A stretch of DNA of 24,000 nt from Candidatus Methanoperedens sp. Lineage in GTDB: Archaea > Halobacteriota > Methanosarcinia > Methanosarcinales > Methanoperedenaceae. A model generated the notes under the pieces. The model was not told where the DNA came from and made no database searches. It saw nothing but the letters and a program-made list of their open reading frames with translations. This document shows positions 23,185 to 24,000 of the stretch, in pieces. Each line of letters starts with the position of its first letter. Positions within the stretch are counted from its first letter, which is position 1. The translations under genes and the position numbers were made by a program. Location of the stretch: positions 441 through 24,440 of the forward strand of contig JAUSDC010000219.1 in assembly GCA_030650845.1 (NCBI GenBank). The letters run 5' to 3'.

Positions 23185-24000
23185 TCATATCTTGAAGCGA
23201 AGCAAGCCACCAACACCGCCGAGCTCCTGCAATATTGGGTTATCATCAACGAACTCGATCTTTGTACCTGTTCGTTCAGCAAATTCAATGATCTCTTCTA
23301 TCACATCGACCTGCGACACTTTACCACTGCAGTTCGGACATTTATCCGTTATATCAGAATCGACAAGCTGGCATTTCTCGCATATCCAGCCCCTCTGTTT
23401 ATAACCTTTGCTCACCAGCAGTAATTCTAAATGACCTTTTTTCACCGCGTCAATTGTTTCTTTCAGACCATAGACAGCAAGGCCGTGCTTCAGTATCTCT
23501 TCCTTCAATCGAATTACGTTCTTTGAAACAGTCTCTTTTTCGTCTTTCATGACCGCTTCCTCAGCCCTTGAAATAAGAAACCCATCTGCTTCATCAAAAT
23601 CCACATCGATCACATCCAGGATTTCGTTCTTAAGCTCGTTTGGCAGATAATCTTTGAGCAATATTTTCGCGTTGCCAGGACCAACGATCACGATCTTGAC
23701 AACATTATCTTTCGAAAATAGTTTTACCATCTCATCGGCGACTTCCTTCAGAAAATGCTCGATCGCGCCCACCCTTAACCTCTGGAACCGTGCCTGAGAC
23801 ATCCCGCCTTTTTTATGCTTCTTCATGATGTCCCTGGCTAGCTTGTCTTTTTCTTCGATCCTCCCCGAGGAAACGACATATATTCTTGCCCTGTGATTGT
23901 CCAGTATAACCAGTCCGAAGGTTTCATAGTCTTCTATCAATGTTGCAAGTGGCCTGATATACGGCGATGTATCCACGACCATGAGGTCTTCAACTGGCAT
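23185..24000 (-). CDS. eRF1-superfamily paralogue, Vms1/VLRF1-like (partial; N-terminus lies beyond the window)
   Basis: The M-domain-like segment KKHKKGGMSQARFQRLRVGAIEHFLKEV aligns with aRF1 GRGGQSxxRFxRLR but carries GGMSQ (GxxQ) instead of GGQ. The C-domain has the Zn-ribbon CEKC...CPNC and the tail GGVGGLLRFKI. The ORF is open to the window edge. Confidence 0.6.
   Translation of the reverse strand: MPVEDLMVVDTSPYIRPLATLIEDYETFGLVILDNHRARIYVVSSGRIEEKDKLARDIMKKHKKGGMSQARFQRLRVGAIEHFLKEVADEMVKLFSKDNVVKIVIVGPGNAKILLKDYLPNELKNEILDVIDVDFDEADGFLISRAEEAVMKDEKETVSKNVIRLKEEILKHGLAVYGLKETIDAVKKGHLELLLVSKGYKQRGWICEKCQLVDSDITDKCPNCSGKVSQVDVIEEIIEFAERTGTKIEFVDDNPILQELGGVGGLLRFKI

Noticed and set aside
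1-24000. Search for tRNA/rRNA genes, CRISPR arrays, transposases/IS ends, integrases and prophage genes
   Set aside because: The intergenic spaces are short and were read individually. None shows cloverleaf-compatible sequence, regularly spaced repeats of 25-40 bp, or terminal inverted repeats flanking a transposase-like ORF. No six-frame ORF shows DDE, serine-recombinase or tyrosine-recombinase motifs.

Overview
Archaeal chromosomal window, most likely from a Methanosarcinales-type methanogen or ANME lineage. Supporting markers: a complete F420H2 dehydrogenase operon (fpoABCDHIJJKLMNO), a methanogenesis-marker-9 domain, an archaeal CxxxY CcmE, PolD and Orc1/Cdc6. Almost all of the window is coding. 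Left to right: (1) a 9-bp-periodic hairpin repeat abutting a decayed NHL-repeat gene; (2) a large Zn-ribbon/PUA/PAPS-reductase-like/ferredoxin protein; (3) a tight three-gene RHH / PIN / VapB-like toxin-antitoxin cassette; (4) an arsR-acr3-CMD (AhpD-like) arsenic operon; (5) a monocistronic ccmE; (6) the ~10.3 kb fpo operon on the minus strand, without fpoF; (7) a divergently transcribed DUS-like TIM-barrel / marker-9 fusion; (8) a divergent UPF0148/UPF0147 pair; (9) a classical oriC, with four ORB elements around an AT-rich unwinding element, next to orc1/cdc6; (10) an archaeal signal peptidase; (11) the PolD small subunit, translationally coupled to a stand-alone DEDDy (family-B-exonuclease-like) protein; (12) a partial eRF1-superfamily paralogue in which GGQ is replaced by GGMSQ (Vms1/VLRF1-like). 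No rRNA, tRNA, CRISPR array or transposase was seen. I do not see an unambiguous new multi-gene system. The best leads are the origin architecture, the DP1-exonuclease pair, the VLRF1-like factor, the arsC-less ars operon (CxxC CMD protein plus an ArsR with an N-terminal Cys-Cys pair) and the two-antitoxin PIN cassette. All calls come from reading motifs in the supplied translations and DNA; no database search or computation was run.
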